A program made the position numbers and the translations under genes. This document shows positions 29,311-37,984 of a DNA stretch of 52,219 bases, in pieces; the stretch's first letter is position 1; each line of letters starts with the position of its first letter. The stretch is from a virus (Duplodnaviria > Caudoviricetes), in IMG/VR virus record IMGVR_UViG_3300022217_000187, positions 1-52,219 of that record. The stretch is one strand, 5' to 3'. The notes beneath the pieces are model-generated. The model worked only from the letters and a program-made list of their open reading frames with translations, was not told where the DNA came from and made no database searches.

Positions 29311-29393
29311 GCCGGCGTGGTGGAACGGAATACACTGCAGATTTAAGACCTGCTGCCCTTTGAGGATTGAGAGTTCGAATCTCTCCGTCGGTA
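29311..29393 (+). tRNA. tRNA-Leu(TAA)
   Basis: Long variable arm; A73. Confidence 0.85.
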
Positions 29394-29401
29394 CAAAATG
29401 A

Positions 29402-29484
29402 ACCTCCGTGGTGGAATGGAATACACGCTAGATTTAGGCTCTAGTGCCCTTTGAGGATTGAGAGTTCGAATCTCTCCGGAGGTA
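29402..29484 (+). tRNA. tRNA-Leu(TAG)
   Basis: Variable and T arms identical to the preceding Leu. Confidence 0.9.
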
Positions 29485-29496
29485 TTATTAAATTTT

Positions 29497-29570
29497 GCTC
29501 TTGAAGCATTTATCTGGATGATGTGCTGTTTTGTAATCAGCGGAACGGGGTTCGATTCCTCGCTGGAGCT
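29497..29570 (+). tRNA. tRNA-Thr(TGT)
   Basis: Cloverleaf; no CCA. Confidence 0.8.
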
Positions 29571-29598
29571 CAATTTTTTAAATAAATTGATAAATAGT

Positions 29599-29671
29599 GC
29601 AGCTATAGTGTTTAATGGTAATACGCTAGATTGCCAGTCTAGAATTGAGAGTTCGAATCTCTTTAGTTGCT
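29599..29671 (+). tRNA. tRNA-Gly(GCC)
   Basis: Cloverleaf; no CCA. Confidence 0.85.
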
Positions 29672-29681
29672 AATAAATAAT

Positions 29682-29768
29682 GGAGACGTCGCATAATGGC
29701 TAGTGCCCCCGGCTGTAACCCGGCAGGACCTTTTTAGGTTGGAGGTTCGAATCCTCCCGGCTCCACCA
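29682..29768 (+). tRNA. tRNA-Tyr(GTA), G1-C72 type
   Basis: Long variable arm; CCA. Confidence 0.85.
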
Positions 29769-29781
29769 AAATAAAAATCAT

Positions 29782-29871
29782 TCCCTCATACACTAACTGG
29801 TAAGTGGGCTCACTGTTAATGAGTTGTAATCCGTCTAGAACGGTATCCTGGTTCGAATCCGGGTGAGGGAG
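29782..29871 (+). tRNA. tRNA-Asn(GTT) with long variable arm
   Basis: T1-A72; G73; extra stem-loop CCGT...ACGG. Confidence 0.8.
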
Positions 29872-29929
29872 CTAAACAATTTTAATTAACTTTTGGATAT
29901 TATAAATTAAATAAAAAAGGAGAGTGAAA

Positions 29930-30127
29930 ATGATAACTATTTATAAAATAAGGGTAAATTATAAATCAGGTATTCAAGAGGAATTTTGGGTTAAAGAATT
30001 TTCAATTAAGAATGATAATTGGAAATGGGTTTCATTTGATATAATTAAAAGCCCAATATATATGAATGTTGATGAAATTGAAAGTGTATGGCAATTAGAA
30101 TCTAAAGAAGTAGAAGAGGAGAAGTAG
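29930..30127 (+). CDS. hypothetical protein
   Basis: AAGGAGAGTGAAAATG start motif. Confidence 0.6.
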   Translation: MITIYKIRVNYKSGIQEEFWVKEFSIKNDNWKWVSFDIIKSPIYMNVDEIESVWQLESKEVEEEK

Positions 30128-30225
30128 AAGTAAATGAAAGAAATGTTAATTTTATCTAAGATTACAGGTATAATCTTAGGTACATTGGTAATAACTTTTT
30201 TAATGATTATAAAAATTTAAGATAT

Positions 30226-30296
30226 GGTCCTATGGTGTAATGGTAACATTTAAGATTTTGAATCTTGAGCTTCTGGTTCGAATCCAGGTGGGACTT
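30226..30296 (+). tRNA. tRNA-Gln(TTG)
   Basis: Cloverleaf; no CCA. Confidence 0.85.
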
Positions 30297-30444
30297 CTAT
30301 TATAAAATGATTAAAAATATGAATAATTTTTTAGATTTAATTATATTAGGAGAAATTCTTTTTAAAAATTCTGAATATGAATCAGAAGAAGATAAAAAGG
30401 CAATGAGATCATATATAAGAAGAAAGTTTAAAAAATTAAATCAT

Positions 30445-30513
30445 GGGTCTAAGGTCATGGTGACCAAAGAGATTCCAACCCTCTAGGATCGGGTTCGATT
30501 CCTGATAGGCCCG
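30445..30513 (+). tRNA. tRNA-Trp(CCA)
   Basis: Compact cloverleaf; G73. Confidence 0.8.
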
Positions 30514-30520
30514 CAAATAT

Positions 30521-30587
30521 TGTCCGATCTAATGGAGATGCGATAATCGCGCAGTTATCAAAATAGGTTCAATTCCTATTCGGACAG
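30521..30587 (+). tRNA. tRNA-like gene with aberrant anticodon loop
   Basis: Perfect acceptor TGTCCGA/TCGGACA and T arm; GATAA-TCGCGCAG-TTATC arm. Confidence 0.5.
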
Positions 30588-30600
30588 CAAAAAATTTTAT

Positions 30601-30684
30601 AGAGGGTACCGTCAAGGTGACAAAGCGGTGTTGAATACCGTGGGACTGTAAAAGGTCGGGTTTCGATTACTCTACCCTCTGCCA
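30601..30684 (+). tRNA. tRNA-Ser(TGA)
   Basis: Long variable arm; GCCA. Confidence 0.8.
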
Positions 30685-30737
30685 AAATAATTAAAATGTA
30701 GGATTGAAAAGTGAATTAGCAGGTGATTAGTAGTTCG

Positions 30738-30789
30738 ATTTTAAATTTTCGCTCTTATAAATAATTAAAAGGCGCGGAGATTTTAAAAT
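30738..30789 (+). promoter_or_regulatory. RBS-sequestering hairpin with an embedded late promoter
   Basis: ATTTTAAATTTTCGC pairs with GCGGAGATTTTAAAAT; TATAAATA at 30756-30763 in the loop region. Confidence 0.7.
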
Positions 30790-31825
30790 GATTAAACGAA
30801 CTTGCCCATATTGTAATATCAGTTTCGAGTTTGAAAAATACCAACAATTTGGAGCACATAAAACAAATTGCAAATATAATCCTAAATTGAATGAGATAAA
30901 AAGAAAAACTAAATTAAGTAAATCTATAAATAGAATAGAAAAAGAAATTGAATGTAAAAAATGTAATAATCTATACCATATAAATGTCACGAAAAAAGCT
31001 TTTGAAAGGGGGAATTATAGAAAATTTTGCTCTAGAAAATGTGCTAATAGTAGACAATGGGATGATGAACATAAAAGAAAATTATCTAAGAGCTTAACAT
31101 CATTTAAACGTAATAAAATAAGTAATAAATTAACAAAAAATAAATTTACTAAAATAAAATATATTAATTGTCCTATATGTAATGAAATAAAAATACTAAA
31201 ATATAATAACGGTCAAAAAACTTGTGGGAAAAAAGACTGTAGGTATAAGTTAATTAGTATTAGTGTTACGGGTAAGACTGGAGGTATGAGGAATAGAGGA
31301 GGAAATGGTAAAGTAGGTCATTATAAAGGTATATTATGTCAATCTTCATGGGAATTAGCTTATGTAATATATAATATAGAACATAATATAGAATTTAAAA
31401 GAAATACTAAAGCCTTTCCTTACATTTTTAAAAATAAAAGGTATAAATATTACCCCGATTTTATTCAAGAAGGATATTATATAGAAATAAAGGGATTCAA
31501 AAGTGATAGAACAAAAGCCAAAATAAATCAGTTTCCTCATATAATAAAGGTACTTTATTGGGAAGAAATGAAATCATATTTAGAATATACTATAAATAAA
31601 TATGGCGAGGATTTTATAAAATTATATGACGAAATTAAAACTATAAAGAAAAATTGTAAAAATTGTGGTAAAGATTTTGAAACTTTTTTAAATAGTAATA
31701 AAAGTATATGTTCTTCTAAAAATTGTAAAAGCATTAAAATAATTAATTGTAAAAGTTGTAGTACTGAAATTAAAGTAAATATAAGAGCTACTGCTAATAA
31801 TTGTCTATGTAAGGAATGTAGATAA
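30788..31825 (+). CDS. free-standing homing endonuclease-like protein (PD-(D/E)XK with zinc fingers)
   Basis: SSWE...YYPDF...IEIKG; many CxxC; inserted in the tRNA array. Confidence 0.75.
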   Translation: MIKRTCPYCNISFEFEKYQQFGAHKTNCKYNPKLNEIKRKTKLSKSINRIEKEIECKKCNNLYHINVTKKAFERGNYRKFCSRKCANSRQWDDEHKRKLSKSLTSFKRNKISNKLTKNKFTKIKYINCPICNEIKILKYNNGQKTCGKKDCRYKLISISVTGKTGGMRNRGGNGKVGHYKGILCQSSWELAYVIYNIEHNIEFKRNTKAFPYIFKNKRYKYYPDFIQEGYYIEIKGFKSDRTKAKINQFPHIIKVLYWEEMKSYLEYTINKYGEDFIKLYDEIKTIKKNCKNCGKDFETFLNSNKSICSSKNCKSIKIINCKSCSTEIKVNIRATANNCLCKECR

Positions 31826-31831
31826 TAAGAT

Positions 31832-31907
31832 GCGGGTATAGTGTTTAACGATAGCATGACTGATTTCCACTCAGTTGGTCTCGGTTTGAATCCGAGTATC
31901 CGCTCCA
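31832..31907 (+). tRNA. tRNA-Gly(TCC)
   Basis: Cloverleaf; CCA. Confidence 0.9.
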
Positions 31908-32030
31908 AATAAATAGAGGATTTTTTATGGAAGAATTTGAATTAATAAATGTAGCAGAACAAGAAGAAGATTATTTATCAATAAGTTTTTGACTAATAAA
32001 TATTTTATTCATAGTATACATTAAATATAT

Positions 32031-32106
32031 GTCGGTGTGGCTCGAATGGCTAGGCAGCGGTCTGCAAAATCGTTTTATGTGAGTTCAAATCTCATCGCCG
32101 ACTCCA
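32031..32106 (+). tRNA. tRNA-Cys(GCA)
   Basis: Cloverleaf; U73; CCA. Confidence 0.9.
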
Positions 32107-32112
32107 AAATAT

Positions 32113-32196
32113 CCCGTCGTTGAGCAGGCAGTGAGCTTAGCAGTCTGTAAACCTGTCGCGTAAGTTGTGTTGGTTCGATTCCAGCCGGCGGGACCA
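32113..32196 (+). tRNA. tRNA-Tyr(GTA), C1-G72 type
   Basis: CCCGTCG/CGGCGGG-ACCA; loop CTGTAAA. Confidence 0.75.
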
Positions 32197-32391
32197 AATA
32201 AATATTATGGCTTATAAATTAATTTTACATTTAAAGGATGGTAAGAAACTTATAAGCCCTTATATAATTCCAGATAAGGGATTTGATTATAATAGCAACA
32301 AAGTACTAAATGTAGTTACAAAAGTAGGTATAGGAATTGTTAAAAATTGTGATGATGTAAAAAGATATGAAATTTATAGAGATTGAATTAT

Positions 32392-32467
32392 GGTGTTCGA
32401 AATCCAATGGTTAAGATACTCGACTGTGAATCGAGGTAAGAGGGTTCGATTCCCTCCGTTCACCCCA
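32392..32467 (+). tRNA. tRNA-His(GTG)
   Basis: G-1:C73; CCA. Confidence 0.85.
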
Positions 32468-32518
32468 AATTTATAGGCATATTGAAGAAATTTCAGTTAT
32501 AGAGGGAGGAAAATAAAA

Positions 32519-32734
32519 ATGCAAATTAATGTAAATATTATTGTACCAGATGGTGATTTATGTAAAAATAGTGAAAATTTTGAATGTGGTTATATTAAAG
32601 ACTATTTTTGCTTAATATTTAAAATAGGATTGTGGAAAACCGGTGATAAAAAACAATTTCATGATTCTGAACAAATATTTAAATGCTCTCAATGTTTAGA
32701 GACTGACTATGAATACATTAAAGGAAATGGTTAA
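32519..32734 (+). CDS. hypothetical Cys-rich protein
   Basis: ORF with GGAGG SD. Confidence 0.55.
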   Translation: MQINVNIIVPDGDLCKNSENFECGYIKDYFCLIFKIGLWKTGDKKQFHDSEQIFKCSQCLETDYEYIKGNG

Positions 32735-32987
32735 AGATAATAAGAAAGTAAAATTTCAATTCTATAAAGATAGAAATCTTTGGTATTTAACTGAATGTGG
32801 ATTTGAATTTCCAGTTCCTATTGAAGATATTGATAATGCAACCTTCTTAGCTGAAGATAAAGCTATTTTATTTATGAGATATATTAAACCTCAAATAAAA
32901 TTAATTGAAATAGCTAGAAATGAATTACCAGAACCAGTTATTGATTGTGGATCAAATGCTGGAAGAATAGATGATATTAGATATTAA
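32709..32987 (+). CDS. conserved phage hypothetical protein
   Basis: LWY.TE.GFEFPVPIED...ATFLAEDKA..FMRYI. Confidence 0.65.
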   Translation: MNTLKEMVKDNKKVKFQFYKDRNLWYLTECGFEFPVPIEDIDNATFLAEDKAILFMRYIKPQIKLIEIARNELPEPVIDCGSNAGRIDDIRY

Positions 32988-33208
32988 TGGAATTAATAGG
33001 AATAACACATAAATTACCTACTTATGAATGGGTATTATTTTTATGGAGAAAAATAAATTGCTCTAGAAATTGGCATTTATTTGATGAAGTTTTTGATAGT
33101 GAATATGAACATTATTTAAGTTGTGATGCATGTAACTTAGTTATTTATATAGATAAAATAGATAATACATATCAAGAAAATATAGGTGAGTATATTGTTA
33201 GTAATTAA
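32987..33208 (+). CDS. hypothetical protein
   Basis: Translationally coupled ORF. Confidence 0.55.
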   Translation: MELIGITHKLPTYEWVLFLWRKINCSRNWHLFDEVFDSEYEHYLSCDACNLVIYIDKIDNTYQENIGEYIVSN

Positions 33209-33722
33209 TTTATATGGAGGCCCTGGAACTGGCAAATCTACTATTGCTGCTGGCATTTTTAGTGCTTTAAAATTAAAAGGTATAAATGTGGAATTAGTTA
33301 CTGAATATGCTAAAGATAAAGTTTGGGATAAACATGAAGCAATATTAGATAATCAAATTTATATATTTGCTAAACAGTATCATAGATTACATAGATTAAG
33401 AGATCAAGTGGATGTAGTTATTACAGATTCTCCTATTTTATTATCTTCTATTTATAATAAAGATAGAACCGCTTTAGGTACTAAATTAGATGAATTAGTA
33501 TTAGAGGCTTATAAATCTTTTGACAATATTAATTATTTTTTAACTAGAATAAGAGAATATAATCCTAAAGGTAGAGTACAAACAGAGGATGAAGCTAAAG
33601 AAGTTGATATAAAAGTAAAAGAATTATTAAACAATTTGAATATGATTTATGAATCACAAAAAGGTTCTAAAGAAGGAATGGAAAACATTATTAATGAAGT
33701 ATTAAATTATTTTCTATTTTAA
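33186..33722 (+). CDS. P-loop kinase/ATPase (NadR/AAA_28-like)
   Basis: INLYGGPGTGKST, EYAK, ITDSP and GR.Q motifs. Confidence 0.8.
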   Translation: MSILLVINLYGGPGTGKSTIAAGIFSALKLKGINVELVTEYAKDKVWDKHEAILDNQIYIFAKQYHRLHRLRDQVDVVITDSPILLSSIYNKDRTALGTKLDELVLEAYKSFDNINYFLTRIREYNPKGRVQTEDEAKEVDIKVKELLNNLNMIYESQKGSKEGMENIINEVLNYFLF

Positions 33723-33814
33723 AAGTTATGGAAGATTATAATGAATTGATTAAGAAAAGTAATTAAATTTTAATTATAAATAATTAAAAAAATTTAGGAA
33801 AGGTAGTTAAGAAA

Positions 33815-34354
33815 ATGCAAGAAGTTATATTATTAAATTACGATTATAGCTTTTTAAACAAAGTAACCATAGAACAAGCTATGAGATACATAGCTAAGGG
33901 TAAAGTTACTATTGAAAAATTTTCTGAAAAAGTTATTAAAACTGCTACCGATGAAATACTGTCTCCACTAGTTTTAAGATTAGTTTATTTAGTCAGATCT
34001 ATATATAAAAGATCTGTTGAATGGTCTAAAAGAAATGTAATGGTTCGTGATAATTATACTTGTGTATATTGTGGAATTAAAAAGGGTGAAAAAACAAAAG
34101 ATGGTAGAAAAGTAGTTCTCAATATAGACCACGTTCACCCACAATCAAAAGGTGGTAAAAATACTTTTGAAAATACAGTTACTTCTTGTACAGATTGTAA
34201 TAACAGAAAAGGAGATTTATCTTTAAGAGAAGCAAATATGTTTTTCAAGAAACGTAGCTTTATGCCATATGCTCCTACTATCGCTGAATTTATTAAGAAA
34301 TTTCATGAAAATTTAGGAGTATATAAATTATTAAAAGAATTAGGTATTTATTAA
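33815..34354 (+). CDS. HNH endonuclease (McrA-like)
   Basis: RDNYTCVYCG...IDHVHPQSKGG...EN.V..C..CNN.KG. Confidence 0.9.
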   Translation: MQEVILLNYDYSFLNKVTIEQAMRYIAKGKVTIEKFSEKVIKTATDEILSPLVLRLVYLVRSIYKRSVEWSKRNVMVRDNYTCVYCGIKKGEKTKDGRKVVLNIDHVHPQSKGGKNTFENTVTSCTDCNNRKGDLSLREANMFFKKRSFMPYAPTIAEFIKKFHENLGVYKLLKELGIY

Positions 34355-34472
34355 AAATTTTTTCTAATACATTATGATTTCGTATAATTGGGAAGTACGC
34401 TAATCTGAAATATGATTAGAGGCGTGCGATGGTTCAATTCCCACAATCTTTTGTGATTAGAAAATTTTAATA

Positions 34473-34531
34473 GGTCTGGATAGAGACTAGATGAAACTCG
34501 ACGGAGTGAAATCAAAATCTTTATCCAGACC
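34473..34531 (+). other. long hairpin immediately upstream of tRNA-Arg
   Basis: 14-bp stem GGTCTGGATAGAGA/TCTTTATCCAGACC with inner ACTC-GACG-GAGT. Confidence 0.6.
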
Positions 34532-34538
34532 GGCGCTT

Positions 34539-34611
34539 GCCCCTGTAATCTAATGGAAAGGTCCAATATTACGAATGTTGATGTATGGAGGTTCGAATCC
34601 TCTCAGGGGTT
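34539..34611 (+). tRNA. tRNA-Arg(ACG)
   Basis: GCCCCTG/CAGGGGT; loop TTACGAA; canonical T arm. Confidence 0.8.
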
Positions 34612-34629
34612 CTATTAAAGGAGGTAAAA

Positions 34630-35346
34630 TTGGAAAAAGTAGCAATAATTGGAGATATTCATGGTTGTTCAAAAACACTTCAAAAACTTCTTAATTATCT
34701 TCCCAAAGATATAACTACAATTTACTCTGTTGGCGATTTAATAGACAGAGGTCCAGATTCAAAAGGAGTTGTTCAACTCTGCATAGACAATAACATAAAA
34801 GCAGTAAGAGGAAATCATGAAGATATGTTGTTAGATTTTCTTGATGAAAATTCTCAATATGAAAAAGGCCTATTTGAGATTAATGGCGGTGTTCAGACTA
34901 TAGAAAGTTATGGTGGAGATTGTTATTTTATAAAAGACATGTATGGTTATTCTCCACCATCATATAAGAGTAGTGTTACATTACCAGATGAGCATTTAAA
35001 ATATATTAAGAATATGCCGATTTTTATAGAGACTGACGATTTTATTTTATCACACGCTGGTATTCACCCAATTATAGCTAAAGGTGATTTTGGCAAAGGT
35101 AAATGGGATGATAATAGTATAGAAAGTAATTCAAATTTAATGTGGAATAGAGAAGGTGTAGCTCCTATGGAGAAAATTCAAATAATTGGTCATACTCCAG
35201 ATTATGAAATTCAATATATAAAAACTTGGGGAGAATTAGCTGCGATCAATATTGATACTGCATGTGGTAAAATATCTAATGCTAAATTAACCGCAATTAT
35301 TATGCCAACACAAGAAATTATGCAAGTGATATGTGAGGAAATGTGA
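34630..35346 (+). CDS. PPP-family Ser/Thr protein phosphatase-like metallophosphoesterase
   Basis: GDIHG, GDLIDRG, RGNHE, HAG and GHT motifs; TTG start after AGGAGG. Confidence 0.9.
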   Translation: MEKVAIIGDIHGCSKTLQKLLNYLPKDITTIYSVGDLIDRGPDSKGVVQLCIDNNIKAVRGNHEDMLLDFLDENSQYEKGLFEINGGVQTIESYGGDCYFIKDMYGYSPPSYKSSVTLPDEHLKYIKNMPIFIETDDFILSHAGIHPIIAKGDFGKGKWDDNSIESNSNLMWNREGVAPMEKIQIIGHTPDYEIQYIKTWGELAAINIDTACGKISNAKLTAIIMPTQEIMQVICEEM

Positions 35347-35554
35347 AGTGGGTAAGAAAAAAGACTTGATTAAAAAAATACAAAAAATAATTGACGATAG
35401 TTTAATTATGACAGATAATAATCATATGCCACGAAGTGACTTATTAAATGGCGAAGAATTTAATGTATGTGTCTTAGAAAGTAAGGAAGCAGCTATTAAA
35501 ATATATAAATTATTAGAATTTGAAATAATAAAAGCTAAAACTTCAAACTTATAA
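35333..35554 (+). CDS. hypothetical protein
   Basis: Overlapping ORF in operon. Confidence 0.5.
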   Translation: MRKCEVGKKKDLIKKIQKIIDDSLIMTDNNHMPRSDLLNGEEFNVCVLESKEAAIKIYKLLEFEIIKAKTSNL

Positions 35555-35561
35555 GTTTAAT

Positions 35562-35756
35562 ATGAATAAATATTTAATATGTAAATGTGGATGTAAAAGA
35601 AAGGCTATATATTTAGTTGAAAGTCAAGATTTTGAAGGTAATTTATTTAAAGAACCTTGTTGTATAAATTCAGCTGCATATTTAAAAGATTGTGCTAATG
35701 AATTTGATAAATCATATAAAGAAACTTATATTAATTTTCAAATTGATATATCTTAA
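35562..35756 (+). CDS. hypothetical Cys-rich protein
   Basis: ORF in operon. Confidence 0.5.
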   Translation: MNKYLICKCGCKRKAIYLVESQDFEGNLFKEPCCINSAAYLKDCANEFDKSYKETYINFQIDIS

Positions 35757-35793
35757 CTTTTATAAATATTCGTAAAATAAAGGAGGATTGAAC

Positions 35794-37245
35794 ATGGCAA
35801 AATTACCAACAGGTAGAAAATTATTGACTAAAAAAGTTTCAAATAATAATGTTAATGAGTTTACTGAAACTTTAGATTTCAAAATATTAAACTGTTCAAA
35901 TGTTGATGGAAATAATAATAAATATTATTGCATCGAACTTCAAAAAAATCCCATCAAAGATACATTAAGATTATTCAGTCAATATGGTAGAGTAGGCGAA
36001 AGTACTGTATATGAAGTTAGAGAATTATGGAAGGAAGATAATTCTCTAATTACTTCCGACCAAATGGAATTAATTGAAAAAGAAATGGATTTTATTGTTA
36101 GAAAAAAACTTAGAGGTAAATCTACTAAAAGAGCTGGAGAAACAGTTAAAGCTAATTATGAAATTGTAGATGTTTCAATTCCAAAAGTAGGATCTACTAA
36201 TATTGTAGGTAAGAATTTTTCTAAAGAAGAAACAACTAAAGCTATTACCCCAAATAAAAAGAAACCTATTATATCTACTAAAGTAGTAAATTTTCATGTT
36301 AATAGAATTATAGAACAAGCAATTGAAGAAAATATACATAACATTACTTCTGCTACTTCTATTAAATTCAATAACGGTAGATATGAAACACCATTAGGTC
36401 CAGTAACATTAAATCATATTAATAAAGCTAAAGAACCATTAAATGAATTGAGAATATTATTAAAGGATTTAAATCAAGATAATTGGAATGAGGAAGAAGT
36501 TAAAAAATATAATAATCTTTATTATTCATTAATTCCTCATTCTTTTGGTAAATATATTTCTAGAACAGATTGGATTTTAGATTTTGATAAATTATCAGAT
36601 GAATATGATATTTTAGATCAATTAGAATCTGCCGTTAATTTAGGAGAAGAAATTTCAAGTAATCAGTCATCAGATATGTTAGATTCTTTAAATTTAGAAT
36701 TTGTACCTAGTAAATCTAAAGAAGTTGATAGATTGATAAATAAATTTGAAAATAGCAGAGCTTCAAATCATTATAATCTTAGAGATTGGAAAGTAATTAA
36801 TGTTTTTGATTTAAAATTAGAAAAAGAACGAAAAAATTATAAAAATAGGACTATTAAAGGTAAAGAAGTTGAATTATTTCATGGTTCTAGGAATTGTAAC
36901 ATTTTAAGTATTATGTCATCTGGTTTAATAGTTCCTCCTGTTGCTGCTCATGGTAGAATGTTTGGAGATGGTATATATGCTGCTCCTGCTAGTACTAAGG
37001 CATTGAATTATTCTACTGGCTTTTGGGGAGGTAAAAATAAATATCCTAATGCTTTTATATTTGTAGTTAAATTTTCATTAGGTAGAGAATATAATCCTAA
37101 CAGAAGTATGTATGGAGGACCGCCTAATGAATATGATAGTATTTGGGCTAAAGCAAAAGATGCTGGATTATATAACGATGAAGTAATAGTTTATTCGAAT
37201 AATCAATGTACGTTAACTCATATAATTGAATTAGAGAAAAATTAA
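35794..37245 (+). CDS. PARP-family ADP-ribosyltransferase (WGR, regulatory and catalytic domains)
   Basis: NNKYY...YGRVG; YYSLIPH.FG; LFHGS, GRMFGDGIY, K.LNYS, L.NDEVIVY (H-Y-E triad). Confidence 0.9.
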   Translation: MAKLPTGRKLLTKKVSNNNVNEFTETLDFKILNCSNVDGNNNKYYCIELQKNPIKDTLRLFSQYGRVGESTVYEVRELWKEDNSLITSDQMELIEKEMDFIVRKKLRGKSTKRAGETVKANYEIVDVSIPKVGSTNIVGKNFSKEETTKAITPNKKKPIISTKVVNFHVNRIIEQAIEENIHNITSATSIKFNNGRYETPLGPVTLNHINKAKEPLNELRILLKDLNQDNWNEEEVKKYNNLYYSLIPHSFGKYISRTDWILDFDKLSDEYDILDQLESAVNLGEEISSNQSSDMLDSLNLEFVPSKSKEVDRLINKFENSRASNHYNLRDWKVINVFDLKLEKERKNYKNRTIKGKEVELFHGSRNCNILSIMSSGLIVPPVAAHGRMFGDGIYAAPASTKALNYSTGFWGGKNKYPNAFIFVVKFSLGREYNPNRSMYGGPPNEYDSIWAKAKDAGLYNDEVIVYSNNQCTLTHIIELEKN

Positions 37246-37247
37246 AT

Positions 37248-37445
37248 ATGAATAAAGTTAGATTTAATGAGAAAAATAAGTGTAGTGATTTTGATGATTT
37301 TCTTAGAGAAGAAGGAATATTAGAAGATTGTGAAGTAGTAGCAGCAAAAAGCATTCTAACATTTCAGATTAAACAAGAAACAAAATCGACTAATAAAATG
37401 TTGGAAAAATTAATGAGAGTTTATTTGAAAGGAGATAAAAAATGA
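37248..37445 (+). CDS. antitoxin N-terminal-like fragment
   Basis: SDFDDFLREEGILE...A.K.I..QI matches the start of XRE/HigA-type antitoxins; no HTH follows. Confidence 0.5.
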   Translation: MNKVRFNEKNKCSDFDDFLREEGILEDCEVVAAKSILTFQIKQETKSTNKMLEKLMRVYLKGDKK

Positions 37446-37984
37446 AAGCCTATTATTTTGGAACCAAAAACCGTCAATTACGATATGGCGACAATAGACA
37501 CATCATGATAGACAGAACTCATAAAGTTGACGGACCGCCTATTTTATGTGAACATGGTCTACATGGTTCCATAAAGGCCATGGATGCCTTACGATATGCA
37601 CCAGGACCAATCCTCTATGAGGTCGAGCTGAGTGGTCAACTAGACATTGGTGATGACAAGATAGCGGCCACCGAACGCAAATATCTCAGGTCCTTCGATG
37701 CCACCGATTTGCTTCGAGAGTTTGCTCGCCGACAGGCTATGATCAACATCACCAAAATCAAGCCCTATTGCTCTGCTGAAGACTATGATCTGATAGTGGA
37801 GTGGCTGGAGACTGGAAACGAAGAGATTAGAGAGGCAGCAGAGGTAGCAGCATGGTCAGCAGCATGGTCAGCATGGTCAGCATGGTCAGCAGCAAATGAT
37901 GCAGCAGCAGAGGCAGCAAGGTCAGCAGCAAATGAAATGCTAGAAGAAATGATAGAGAACCATTTTAAAGGAGATAAAAAATGA
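37442..37984 (+). CDS. phage protein with Ala/Trp-rich repeats, paralog 1
   Basis: LCEHGLH...Y.V.L.G N-terminal domain; AAWS repeats. Confidence 0.8.
   Translation: MKAYYFGTKNRQLRYGDNRHIMIDRTHKVDGPPILCEHGLHGSIKAMDALRYAPGPILYEVELSGQLDIGDDKIAATERKYLRSFDATDLLREFARRQAMINITKIKPYCSAEDYDLIVEWLETGNEEIREAAEVAAWSAAWSAWSAWSAANDAAAEAARSAANEMLEEMIENHFKGDKK

Noticed and set aside
30601-30684. Selenocysteine or opal suppressor tRNA
   Set aside because: The anticodon is TGA (reads UCA, Ser), not TCA; the acceptor stem is 7 bp.
27146-34566. ORF-track calls over tRNA genes (27146-27400, 29343-29573, 29458-29673, 31555-31908, 34372-34566)
   Set aside because: Shadow ORFs produced by GC-rich tRNA sequence.
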